DNA of 64,000 nucleotides from Chthoniobacteraceae bacterium (GTDB lineage Bacteria > Verrucomicrobiota > Verrucomicrobiia > Chthoniobacterales > Chthoniobacteraceae): the NCBI GenBank assembly GCA_031409655.1, contig JANNXQ010000259.1, positions 25,914-89,913 on the forward strand, given 5' to 3'. The translations under genes and the position numbers were made by a program. Under the pieces are notes generated by a model that was not told the origin of the DNA, searched no databases, and saw nothing but the letters and a program-made list of their open reading frames with translations. This document shows positions 40,786 through 49,445 of this stretch, one piece after another (positions within the stretch are counted from its first letter, which is position 1; each line of letters opens with the position of its first letter).

Positions 40786-42298
40786 GGCTGATCACGTCGA
40801 GCCGCTGGTCGGCCGTCTGCCGCAGTTTGCTGATTTCGCCGCAAAGGGTCTTCAGGTCCGCATCCGTCCGGCTGAAACCTTCGCTCACCGCGGGGCGCAG
40901 CTTGCGAAATTCGCAGCGGATCGCGCGGGCCACGGCGGGATCGCTGGCGGCCTTGGCGAATCCGCCAAGCGCGACTTCGAGGCCGGCCATTTTTTCGGGG
41001 AGCTTGAATTCGTCGATCCAGCGCGATGGCTTCAGACGGCGGAGCGGCTCGGCGATGCCCCGCCAGACCTGCCGCACGCGCAGGATGTCGGGCGATTCGC
41101 TGTGATCGAGCACATGCATCTGGTCATCGCTGATCTGGAGGGCGTCGTGGTTGGAGATCAGCCGGTTGACGCTTTCTTCGATGAGCTCGAGGGCCTTTAC
41201 CCCCGCGGCAAAATCCTCGATGCGTTGGCGGGCTTCGTCGTCGAACTCACTGGCCCGGAGATCGGCCAGGATCTCCCCCTGCCGCTTGATCAGATCGGGC
41301 AGCGGGAGCTGGCGCGCCTTTTCCTTGAGGCTCCCATTGAGCCGCGTCGGCTCGCTATGGAGCACCGCGGCGATGCCCTCGATCCCGGCCTTCAGGAGTT
41401 CCACGTCCTGGGCACAGACTCCGTCCGTCACGTCCGCCTCCGCGGCCAGGAGGATCGCGATCCACGGGGGCGGGTCGCCCGGCGGCGCAAACTCCGCCGC
41501 CCGCGATTGCACCGTCGTCAGCCGCGCCTCCAGATTGGTGAAAGCCGCCCCGACCTTTTCCCAGGAGCGGTCCAGAGCCTCCGCTTCCAGGGTGCTTTGC
41601 GCGCGCTTCTCGAGGAGGTCGAGCTTGCGGTCGATGACGACGTTGAAGGCATCCTGCGCGGAGTGAAAATCGTCGTGCAGGAGCTTGTCGTGGGTGAGCA
41701 GCTCGATCTGTTCGCAGGCGCGTTCGAAGACGCTCAGGAATTGCTCGACCCGCGCCTGGACTGCCGCCGTGCCGAGAAACTGCCGCAGAGTCGCGACGCC
41801 GAGGCGCGCGGATTCGGCGCTCTTCTGGTTCAGGGTTTTCCGGTCGCCGCAGAGCTGCGCGAGCAGGGTATTCATCATCCCGGTGCGCTGCGTCAGGTCG
41901 GAAAGGTCCACTCCATTGAGGCGCGCGATGAGCAGCCTGGGCTGCACGCCCGGGCCGCCGAGGTTCTCTTTTGGCTCAAAAAAAAGCGGGATGAACCGCG
42001 CCTCCCGCGCCGCGGGATCGAGGTGCATGGTCAGGTTGTCGAGGAGCTGGCAAAGCGGGTCCGCGAGATAACTCGAGGTGATGACGGCCAGGGTGCGACG
42101 GGACTGGGTCACGGCGTTTTCCAGATTGTCGAGGATGGTGGCGCCATAGCGGCCATCGCTGCGGGTCACGGCCTTCAGGCCCGCGGTGCGTAGCGGCAGC
42201 AGCACCTGCTCCTCCGCGAGCTCCTTGTCGCCGTCGCAGCAGGCCACGAAGACATCGTAAGACACCGGCTCAGGGGCGGCGTCTGGTGGAGTATTCAT
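40778..42298 (-). CDS. TIR domain (divergent, probably non-catalytic) fused to an uncharacterised alpha-helical domain
   Basis: YDVFVAC...D......L...GL...GATILDNLENAVTQSRRTLAVITSSYLADPLCQLL...RFIPL, then about 340 aa helical region with KLLHDDFH; stop overlaps the start of the STAND gene by 8 nt. Confidence 0.8.
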   Translation of the reverse strand: MNTPPDAAPEPVSYDVFVACCDGDKELAEEQVLLPLRTAGLKAVTRSDGRYGATILDNLENAVTQSRRTLAVITSSYLADPLCQLLDNLTMHLDPAAREARFIPLFFEPKENLGGPGVQPRLLIARLNGVDLSDLTQRTGMMNTLLAQLCGDRKTLNQKSAESARLGVATLRQFLGTAAVQARVEQFLSVFERACEQIELLTHDKLLHDDFHSAQDAFNVVIDRKLDLLEKRAQSTLEAEALDRSWEKVGAAFTNLEARLTTVQSRAAEFAPPGDPPPWIAILLAAEADVTDGVCAQDVELLKAGIEGIAAVLHSEPTRLNGSLKEKARQLPLPDLIKRQGEILADLRASEFDDEARQRIEDFAAGVKALELIEESVNRLISNHDALQISDDQMHVLDHSESPDILRVRQVWRGIAEPLRRLKPSRWIDEFKLPEKMAGLEVALGGFAKAASDPAVARAIRCEFRKLRPAVSEGFSRTDADLKTLCGEISKLRQTADQRLDVISHA

Positions 42299-42513
42299 GG
42301 AAGGAATCCCGTGCTGGCTGAGTCCGAATCACCGGTGCGACGCCCGCCGAGGTCTGGCAAAATCCGCGCGTCCGTCTGCACTCTCGGGGGAACGCTGGAC
42401 CCTTCTTTGCGCACAATGCAACCAGAATTTTGACCGGGCTGCGGGGCCCGCTTGCGCTCCCGGGTGGACGTTTGGGATTGCCAGCCTTCACCGGATCGTA
42501 AAACACGTCTGCC

Positions 42514-43248
42514 ATGGCCCTGCCCTCGCTGCTCTCCACCAAGCCCATCGACCCGCGCGACCGGCTCATTTTCGCCCTCGATGTGCCGACGAAGACGGAG
42601 GCACTGGCGTGGATCGACCGCCTCGGCGACGCGGTCACTTTCTACAAGCTGGGCCTCGAATTTTGCATGAGCGGCGAGTACTTCGCGGTGCTCGATGCGC
42701 TGGTCGCGCAAGGGAAGCGGGTCTTTGCCGACCTGAAGTTTGCCGATGTTCCGGCGACGGTCGGTGGGGCGGTGGCGAATCTCGCGGGACGCGGGGCGAC
42801 GCTTTGCACGCTGAATGCGACCACGGCCGCCTACGCCGCGGCGGTACCGGTGAAGGGCGCGATGCAATTGCTGGCGGTGACGGTGCTCACGAGCATGGAC
42901 GCCACGGATCTCGCGGAGCTCGGCTGGTCCGGCCCAGTGGAGGAACTCGTCTCCCGCCGCGCCCGCGCCGCGGTGGCGGCCGGGATGGACGGGCTCATTT
43001 GCTCCGGTCTCGAAGCGGCGCGGCTGCGCCGCGAAGTGGGCGCGGGACCGATCCTCGTGACCCCCGGCATCCGCGTGGCAAGCGACCGGGGGAGCGATGA
43101 TCAGAAACGCACCATGACTCTCGAGGAGGCCTTCCGGGCGGGAGCGGATCACATCGTCGTCGGGCGTCCGATTCGGAAGGCGGCTGATCCACGCGCTGCC
43201 GCGGAAGCGATGCAGGCGGAGATCGCGGCGCTCTTTGCCGCGCGCTGA
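42514..43248 (+). CDS. pyrF: Orotidine-5'-phosphate decarboxylase
   Basis: LIFALDV, YKLGLE, FADLKFADVPATV, AVTVLTS, VTPGIR, DDQKR, IVVGRPI. Confidence 0.96.
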   Translation: MALPSLLSTKPIDPRDRLIFALDVPTKTEALAWIDRLGDAVTFYKLGLEFCMSGEYFAVLDALVAQGKRVFADLKFADVPATVGGAVANLAGRGATLCTLNATTAAYAAAVPVKGAMQLLAVTVLTSMDATDLAELGWSGPVEELVSRRARAAVAAGMDGLICSGLEAARLRREVGAGPILVTPGIRVASDRGSDDQKRTMTLEEAFRAGADHIVVGRPIRKAADPRAAAEAMQAEIAALFAAR

Positions 43249-43308
43249 GCGTATGACAGGATTGACCCTTGAGGGTGCGGCGGCCTTCCCGCTATCCATG
43301 TCTGTCCA

Positions 43309-44172
43309 ATGAGCGAACCCACTTCCCCATACGCCCACCCCGAAATCCTCGTGAGCACCGAGTGGCTCGCGGAGCACCTGCACGATCCCGGCACCCGGAT
43401 CGTCGAGAGCAATGAAGACGTGCTCCTCTACGACACCGGCCACCTCCCCGGCGCGGTGCACATCGACTGGCGCCAGGATCTGCAGGACGCCCTGGTGCGC
43501 GACTATATCACGCCCGCCGATTTCGCCGCGCTCTGCGCCCGCCATGGCATCACGCCAGACACCACCGTGATTTTCTACGGCGACAAATCCAACTGGTGGG
43601 CGACCTACGCCCTCTGGGCCTTCCGCCTCTTTGGGCACACGAAAGTGAAACTGCTCAATGGCGGCCGCGACAAGTGGGTGAAGGAAGGTCGCGCGGTCAC
43701 CAAAGAGAAGCCGAAGCACGCTGCCGCAAACTATCCCACGCCCCCGAAACGCTACGACGACGAGATCCGCGCCTTCTTCGACGACGCCCTCGCGCAAAGT
43801 CGCGCCAGCCGACCGCTGATCGATGTGCGTTCGCCCGGCGAGTTCAAAGGCGACGTCACCCACATGCCCGAGTATCCGCAGGAAGGCGTGCTCCGCGGCG
43901 GCCACATCCCCGGGGCGAAGAGCGTCCCGTGGAAGACTGCCTGCAACGAAGACGCCACCTTCAAGTCTGCCGACGAACTGCGGAAGATCTACACCGAAGG
44001 CTGCGCCCTCGCGCCCGATGCCGAGATCGTCGCCTACTGCCGGATCGGCGAGCGCTCCAGCCACACCTGGTTCGTGCTCACCTATCTGCTCGGCTACGAG
44101 AAGGTGCGGAACTACGACGGCTCCTGGACCGAGTGGGGCAATCGCGTGCGGGCGCCCATCGAGCGCGGATGA
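43309..44172 (+). CDS. Tandem-rhodanese sulfurtransferase (SseA/CysA-like)
   Basis: [38 protein letters not shown], active-site [18 protein letters not shown]. Confidence 0.95.
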   Translation: MSEPTSPYAHPEILVSTEWLAEHLHDPGTRIVESNEDVLLYDTGHLPGAVHIDWRQDLQDALVRDYITPADFAALCARHGITPDTTVIFYGDKSNWWATYALWAFRLFGHTKVKLLNGGRDKWVKEGRAVTKEKPKHAAANYPTPPKRYDDEIRAFFDDALAQSRASRPLIDVRSPGEFKGDVTHMPEYPQEGVLRGGHIPGAKSVPWKTACNEDATFKSADELRKIYTEGCALAPDAEIVAYCRIGERSSHTWFVLTYLLGYEKVRNYDGSWTEWGNRVRAPIERG

Positions 44173-44627
44173 GTGCCTATCCCGCCAAGCTGGAGGCCAT
44201 CATCGGGCTCTTCGAGTCGCTCCCGGAGGAGGAGAAACGCGAGAACCTCATCGCCTACTCGGAACAGGCCAAGCGCCACGAGCCGAAGTCCGGCGAGACC
44301 TTCCAACTCGAAGACGTGCGCAAGGACGAGGAATGCACGGATACCGTGGGCGTCTTCCTGCAAGTGGACGCGGAGCGCCAGGCGCGCTTCCGGATCACCC
44401 TCGGCCCTCAGGTCCAGACGCTGACGAAGGCCATGACCTCGATCCTCTGCAAAGGACTCGAAGGCACGACGCTCGACGAGATCCTCGAACTGCCCGCTGA
44501 TTTCGTCCCAAAGATCGTTGGCGGCCACCTCGTCCGCATCCGTTCGCAGACCGTCTATTACATCCTCACGCGGATGAAGAGCGCCTGCCGAGTGTATCTA
44601 AATCGGTTGCGCGCGGCGACAGCTTAA
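44169..44627 (+). CDS. SufE-family Fe-S metabolism / sulfur-acceptor protein
   Basis: ATG overlaps the sulfurtransferase stop; [10 protein letters not shown] (conserved Cys), [13 protein letters not shown]; a common partner of sseA-like genes. Confidence 0.8.
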   Translation: MSAYPAKLEAIIGLFESLPEEEKRENLIAYSEQAKRHEPKSGETFQLEDVRKDEECTDTVGVFLQVDAERQARFRITLGPQVQTLTKAMTSILCKGLEGTTLDEILELPADFVPKIVGGHLVRIRSQTVYYILTRMKSACRVYLNRLRAATA

Positions 44628-44652
44628 AGCGGTCGAGGGCAGCGGCAGTGGT

Positions 44653-44725
44653 TCGTCCTCGTCCTAGTCCTCGAAAGTTCGCGCATCTGATCGAGGACGA
44701 GGACGATTACGAGCACGAGGACGAA
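44653..44725. repeat. Hexamer tandem-repeat hairpin, (TCGTCC)n ... (GGACGA)n
   Basis: TCGTCCTCGTCCTAGTCCTCGA ... TCGAGGACGAGGACGATTACGAGCACGAGGACGA. Confidence 0.82.
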
Positions 44726-44821
44726 TCACCGCAGTTCAATCAACCGCCGGTGGACGCTGGGCGCAAAACCGGCTTGCCCAAGGCAAGGAACCTGCGATAC
44801 CTACCGACCGCTTTCCGAGAG

Positions 44822-44896
44822 GCCAGTGTAGCTCAGGGGTAGAGCAGCTGTTTCGTAAACAGCAGGTCATGGGTTCGAATCCCATCACTGGCTCCA
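44822..44896 (+). tRNA. tRNA-Thr (anticodon CGT)
   Basis: Acceptor GCCAGTG/CACTGGC + T-CCA, D arm GCTCAGGGGTAGAGC, anticodon stem GCTGT/ACAGC with loop TTCGTAA, T loop GGTTCGAATCC. Confidence 0.96.
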
Positions 44897-45103
44897 GCGT
44901 GCTCCACCCGGTGCGGTCGCCGAGCCCTCGGGCTTTTGACCGCGAGGCTTCGCGGTCCTTCATCCATTTTGTCATCTTCATTCCACCGTCCTTCCCCTGC
45001 CGCTTCTTCGGCGCCGGCTCCTCAGGTTTCGGAGCTCACCCCTGATCCCCGCCAATCCGGCGCGCGGCCCCTCTACCACCAGCCCCCGTCCGCTCCCGCA
45101 TCC

Positions 45104-47206
45104 ATGTCCGTCGTCGATCGTCCTTCCTCCACCAGTTTCTCCCGCGCCGAATTTGACGGCTGGCTCACCCAACGCCGCGCCGATGAAGGGCTCCCGCCCG
45201 TCGCGCTGCGCGGAGGGCGTGCCGTCTTCAAGTCTTGGCTGCGCGATGTCTGGGAGCACATTCACGACCTCCCGGAAGCGCGCGGGCTCGGCCTTTTCTG
45301 CGAACGCGACGTCACCATGGTCGTCGCCGAGGTGGCGGAGACGGCGACCATCGGCGAGCATCCCTGCGCGCTTCAGGTCTTTGAAGTCCTGCCGCTCAAT
45401 CGGCCGAAGCGCGCGGATTTCCTGACCCAGCGTTTTCGCCAGCTTTCCGCGGATGCGGTGCGCCGGTCGGCGGAGATCTCGGAGGAAATCCAGACGCAGA
45501 TCCCGCGCATCGAACAAGCGATCGCCGAGCACCGCGACCGGCTGGCGGAGGTGGATATCCACGAGGAACTCGGCAAGCTCGCCGGCCAGATGTCGGTGCG
45601 GCAATTCATCGATCAGGCGTCGCGGACGATCCGCGAGCTGTCGCTGCGCGCCGCGAATCGCCGGATGGCGGAAGGCATCGCGCTGCATCGTTTTCACGAG
45701 ACTTTCCCCGGTGCCCGCGCCCGCGAGCGGAAGCTCGTGCTGATCGCTGGACCGACGAATTCCGGCAAGACCTACGCTGCCTTTCAGCAGCTCGCTGCGG
45801 CGAAGTCCGGCGTCTATCTCGCACCGCTGCGGCTTATGGCTGCGGAATTCTGGGACCGCATGCGCACGGCCGGGGTGCCGTGCTCGCTGATCACCGGCGA
45901 GGAGCGCTTTCCCGATCCCGAGGCGCGCCATGTCTCCTCGACCATCGAGATGCTCGCGACGGATGCGGAGTATGACGTGGCGATCATCGATGAAGTGCAG
46001 ATGATCGCGGACAAGGATCGCGGCTGGGCGTGGACGCAGGCCATCGTCGGCGTGAATGCGAAGCTCGTGATCTTCGTCGGCTCGCCGGATGCGGAGCATG
46101 TGCTGCGCGAAATCGCGGATCGCCTTGGCGAGCCCTTTGAGGTCCAGCGCACCGAGCGCCTCACCCCGCTCAAAGTGGCCGCGGCCCCGCTCGACTCTGA
46201 CAAGAAGCCCGAGGACGCGACGGCATTCATTTCCTTCTCGCGCCGCGACGTGCTGGCCTGGCGCCAGACCCTCGGTGCCGCGGATTGCGCCGTCGTTTAC
46301 GGCGCGCTCGCTCCGGAAGTCCGCCGTGAAGAAGCGAGGCGTTTCGCCGCGGGCGAAGCGAGATTCGTCTCCGCCACCGACGCGATCGGCATGGGGCTGA
46401 ATCTTCCGGTGAAGACGATCGTCTTCACCACGCTCACCAAGTGGGACGGCGAGAAAGAGATCACCGTCAGCGATTCCGCGATCCGCCAGATCGCCGGGCG
46501 CGCGGGCCGGTTCGGGATGCACGAGGTCGGCGTCGTCTCGGCGCTCAATCGCCGCGATCTCGAGCACATCCGCCAGGCCATGGTCGCCGAGGCCGAGCCG
46601 CTGCCGACCATCGCGCCGATCGCGCCGCACATGAAGATGCTCGAATTCCTCGCGCAGGAAACCGGACGCAATGATCTGCCCTCGCTGCTCGATTGCTTCG
46701 CCGCGCTGCCGGGCGACACCGATCTTTTCCGCAAGGCCGATGTCTCTTCGATGCGCGAACTCGCCGGCCAGATCGGCGACTCCACGCTGCCGCTCGCCAC
46801 GCAATTTGCCCTCTGCGCCTGCCCGGTGGACACGCGCAGCGGCGATCACATGCGCGTCTGGCGGCAGTGGGTTGCGGCCGTCGCCGAAGAGGTGCCCTCG
46901 CCGCTGCCCCGTGGCCAGCGCTTCATGGCCGAGGGCAGCACCGCGTCCACCACCGCACTGCAGAGCGCCGAAGGCCGCGTGCGCCAGCTCGCCGCCTATC
47001 GCTGGATGCATCACCGGATGCCCGAACTTTTCCCCGACATCGACGAAGCGATCGCCGTCTGCACCGCTGCGAATCAATTCATCTCCAATTCGCTGAAAAA
47101 GAAGAGCGTCCGCCGCTGCCGCCGCTGTGGTCATGGCCTGGCCGACGATCATAAATATCCCATCTGCGAACCGTGCTTCACGATGCGCTACGAGCGGAAT
47201 GACTGA
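45104..47206 (+). CDS. SUV3-like superfamily 2 helicase with C-terminal CxxC..CxxC Zn ribbon
   Basis: GPTNSGKT, GVYLAPLRLMA, CSLITGEE, STIEM, IIDEVQMI.D.DRGWAWT.A, YGAL.PE.R, ATDAIGMGLNLP, QIAGRAGRFG; tail CRRCGH...PICEPC. Confidence 0.9.
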   Translation: MSVVDRPSSTSFSRAEFDGWLTQRRADEGLPPVALRGGRAVFKSWLRDVWEHIHDLPEARGLGLFCERDVTMVVAEVAETATIGEHPCALQVFEVLPLNRPKRADFLTQRFRQLSADAVRRSAEISEEIQTQIPRIEQAIAEHRDRLAEVDIHEELGKLAGQMSVRQFIDQASRTIRELSLRAANRRMAEGIALHRFHETFPGARARERKLVLIAGPTNSGKTYAAFQQLAAAKSGVYLAPLRLMAAEFWDRMRTAGVPCSLITGEERFPDPEARHVSSTIEMLATDAEYDVAIIDEVQMIADKDRGWAWTQAIVGVNAKLVIFVGSPDAEHVLREIADRLGEPFEVQRTERLTPLKVAAAPLDSDKKPEDATAFISFSRRDVLAWRQTLGAADCAVVYGALAPEVRREEARRFAAGEARFVSATDAIGMGLNLPVKTIVFTTLTKWDGEKEITVSDSAIRQIAGRAGRFGMHEVGVVSALNRRDLEHIRQAMVAEAEPLPTIAPIAPHMKMLEFLAQETGRNDLPSLLDCFAALPGDTDLFRKADVSSMRELAGQIGDSTLPLATQFALCACPVDTRSGDHMRVWRQWVAAVAEEVPSPLPRGQRFMAEGSTASTTALQSAEGRVRQLAAYRWMHHRMPELFPDIDEAIAVCTAANQFISNSLKKKSVRRCRRCGHGLADDHKYPICEPCFTMRYERND

Positions 47207-47304
47207 GTCGTGGCGCCGGGAGCGTCGATCGCGGTCGGAACGTTGAATCGTCGCTGGATCGGTGCGGGCTTCCTGCTAAGAAAACACGGAAACCGCTCCA
47301 GCCT

Positions 47305-48213
47305 ATGACCCTCGACGAACTGAATCGCGACCTGCCTGCACTCAAAGCGCGCTTCGCTTCCGCCAAGCCGTATCCGCATGTCGTCATCGACAACTTCCTC
47401 GACCCCCAGCTTGCCGAGCAAGTCTGCGAGGCCTTTCCCAAGCCGGAAGAAATGCGCGTCCACGGCGGCGACTCGAAAGTGCTCAAGGGCTGGCAGGTCA
47501 ATCCCAAGGACGACAACTACATCCCCAAGCCACCGCTCGAGGCCATGTTTCGCCACATCCAATCCGCGGGCGTGCGCCGCTGGATCACCGAACTGAGCGG
47601 CTCGCAGACGGAGGCGCTTTGCGACCCCGAGTACGTCGGTGCGGGTCTGCTCGCCGCGAAGGATAAAGGCATCCACAAGATCCACCTCGACCGCAATCGC
47701 CACCCGAATGGCCGCTACTGTGCACGCCTCGTCCTGCTCATCTATTTTAACAAAGGCTGGAAGCCCGAGCACGGCGGCGCGCTCGAACTCTGGGATCGGA
47801 AAATCGCGAAGGCCACGACCGTCGAGCCGCTCTTTAATCGCTGCGTCGTCTTTGAAAACGCGCGCTTCGCCTACCACAGCATCTCCGACGTTCACCTACC
47901 CGAAGGCATGACCCGCAAGGCACTCAACTTCTACTTTTACACGCGCGATCTGCCGGCGGTGGAAAGGAACATGTATGTGCATAACACGGAATTTTTCCCC
48001 CGCCCGCACGAGCGCGCCGAGCATTGGAAAAAGAGCCTCACGAGTAACTTCCCGAAAGGCCTCGTCTCCACGCTCATGCTCCAGACGCTGCCCACGGCAA
48101 AGCTTTACCACTCGATGAAACGCGGCGCGGGTCACTACGCGGGCGGCAAGGATTTCGGCTCGGACGAGGTCATCGATCTAGCCTGGCAGAAATATAATTC
48201 CGGTAACTTGTAA
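47305..48213 (+). CDS. 2OG-Fe(II) oxygenase superfamily protein
   Basis: PYPHVVIDNFL, HxD (IHLD), LLIYFN..W..EHGGALELW, PLFNRCVVF, distal His (AYHS), RKALNFYFY. Confidence 0.88.
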   Translation: MTLDELNRDLPALKARFASAKPYPHVVIDNFLDPQLAEQVCEAFPKPEEMRVHGGDSKVLKGWQVNPKDDNYIPKPPLEAMFRHIQSAGVRRWITELSGSQTEALCDPEYVGAGLLAAKDKGIHKIHLDRNRHPNGRYCARLVLLIYFNKGWKPEHGGALELWDRKIAKATTVEPLFNRCVVFENARFAYHSISDVHLPEGMTRKALNFYFYTRDLPAVERNMYVHNTEFFPRPHERAEHWKKSLTSNFPKGLVSTLMLQTLPTAKLYHSMKRGAGHYAGGKDFGSDEVIDLAWQKYNSGNL

Positions 48214-48318
48214 CCGCCCCAGCTTGGACTTGCGTCCGCAATTTTCCGGGGAGCATACGCGTCTCGCGTGTTGGTTTCGGCGTCCCGCCGAAACGAACTT
48301 CCGCAACTCCTCGGAACG

Positions 48319-49431
48319 ATGAACGTCCGCGGCGTGCCCTATCGGACGATCTGGGAAAAGAAAGGCGATGCGGGCTGCATCCAGATCATCGACCAGCGCC
48401 ACTTGCCGCATCGGTTCGTGATCGAGGACCTCACGACGCTGGACGCCGTCGCCATGGCCATCCGCGAAATGCACGTGCGCGGGGCGGGTTTGATCGGAGC
48501 CACTGCTGGCTACGGGATGTATCTCGCCGCCCGGGAGTCGGCGGAGGACGCGGACTTGGAGCGCGGTGCGGAAAAGCTCAAGGCCACGCGGCCCACGGCA
48601 GTGAACCTGGCTTGGGCAGTGGATCGTCAACTGACCCGCCTCCGCCCGGTTTCGGGAAAGCTCGAACGTTTCAGCGCAGCGTTGGAGACGGCGCGAACGA
48701 TTGCCGACGAAGACGCGGAATTCTGCCGGCGCATCGGTGGGCACGGTCTCGAGATCATCCGCCAGCTCAGTGCGCAGAAAGGCCGGGCGCCGGTGAATAT
48801 TCTGACGCACTGCAATGCTGGCTGGTTGGCCTTCGTGGACCACGGCTCGGCCACCGCCCCGATCTACGCCGCGCACGACCGCGGCATCCCGGTTCATGTC
48901 TGGGTCGATGAAACGCGCCCGCGCAATCAAGGCGCGAAGCTGACCGCGTGGGAACTCGGCGAGCACGGCGTGCCGCACACCGTCATCGCCGACAATGTCG
49001 GCGGGCATCTCATGCAGCACAGGCTCGTCGATCTGGTCATCGTCGGCACCGACCGCACCACCCGCACCGGCGATGTCGCGAATAAGATCGGTACTTACTT
49101 GAAAGCCCTCGCCGCCCACGACAACGGCATCCCTTTCTACGTCGCGCTGCCGTCCTCCACCTTTGATTGGAAGATGCGCGATGGCGTGCGCGAGATCCCG
49201 ATCGAGGAACGCGGCGCGGAGGAAGTGAGCCACCTCGACGGCTGGACGGCGGGCGGCATTGTCGAGGTCCGCATCACGCCTGAGCACAGCCCCGTGGCGA
49301 ACTTCGGCTTCGACGTCACCCCAGCGCGCCTCGTTACCGGCCTGATTACCGAGCGCGGAATCTGCCGCGCCGACGAAGCCAGCATCCTTGAGCTTTTCCC
49401 CGAGCAGCAGTCCGGAAACGCGCTCAATTGA
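48319..49431 (+). CDS. mtnA: S-methyl-5-thioribose-1-phosphate isomerase
   Basis: IIDQRHLP, MHVRGAGLIG, TRPTAVNL, ILTHCNAG, DETRPRNQGAKLTAWEL, GDVANKIGTY, NFGFDVTP. Confidence 0.95.
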   Translation: MNVRGVPYRTIWEKKGDAGCIQIIDQRHLPHRFVIEDLTTLDAVAMAIREMHVRGAGLIGATAGYGMYLAARESAEDADLERGAEKLKATRPTAVNLAWAVDRQLTRLRPVSGKLERFSAALETARTIADEDAEFCRRIGGHGLEIIRQLSAQKGRAPVNILTHCNAGWLAFVDHGSATAPIYAAHDRGIPVHVWVDETRPRNQGAKLTAWELGEHGVPHTVIADNVGGHLMQHRLVDLVIVGTDRTTRTGDVANKIGTYLKALAAHDNGIPFYVALPSSTFDWKMRDGVREIPIEERGAEEVSHLDGWTAGGIVEVRITPEHSPVANFGFDVTPARLVTGLITERGICRADEASILELFPEQQSGNALN

Positions 49432-49445
49432 GACTCCTCTTCCAA

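Noticed and set aside
35029..42193. Long plus-strand ORFs (1031, 782 and 524 aa) opposite the TIR/STAND operon
   Set aside because: Antisense shadows of high-GC genes with no recognisable motifs; the minus strand carries clear TIR, STAND and WD40 signatures.
34867..42298. Calling the TIR operon Thoeris, CBASS or a named Avs type
   Set aside because: No ThsA-like SIR2/Macro/SLOG gene and no cyclase. The STAND protein lacks a fused nuclease/SIR2/protease effector and has a TM + WD40 sensor.
44822..48300. Prophage or integrative element at tRNA-Thr
   Set aside because: No integrase or phage genes, and I found no duplicated tRNA 3' end (attR) in the window.
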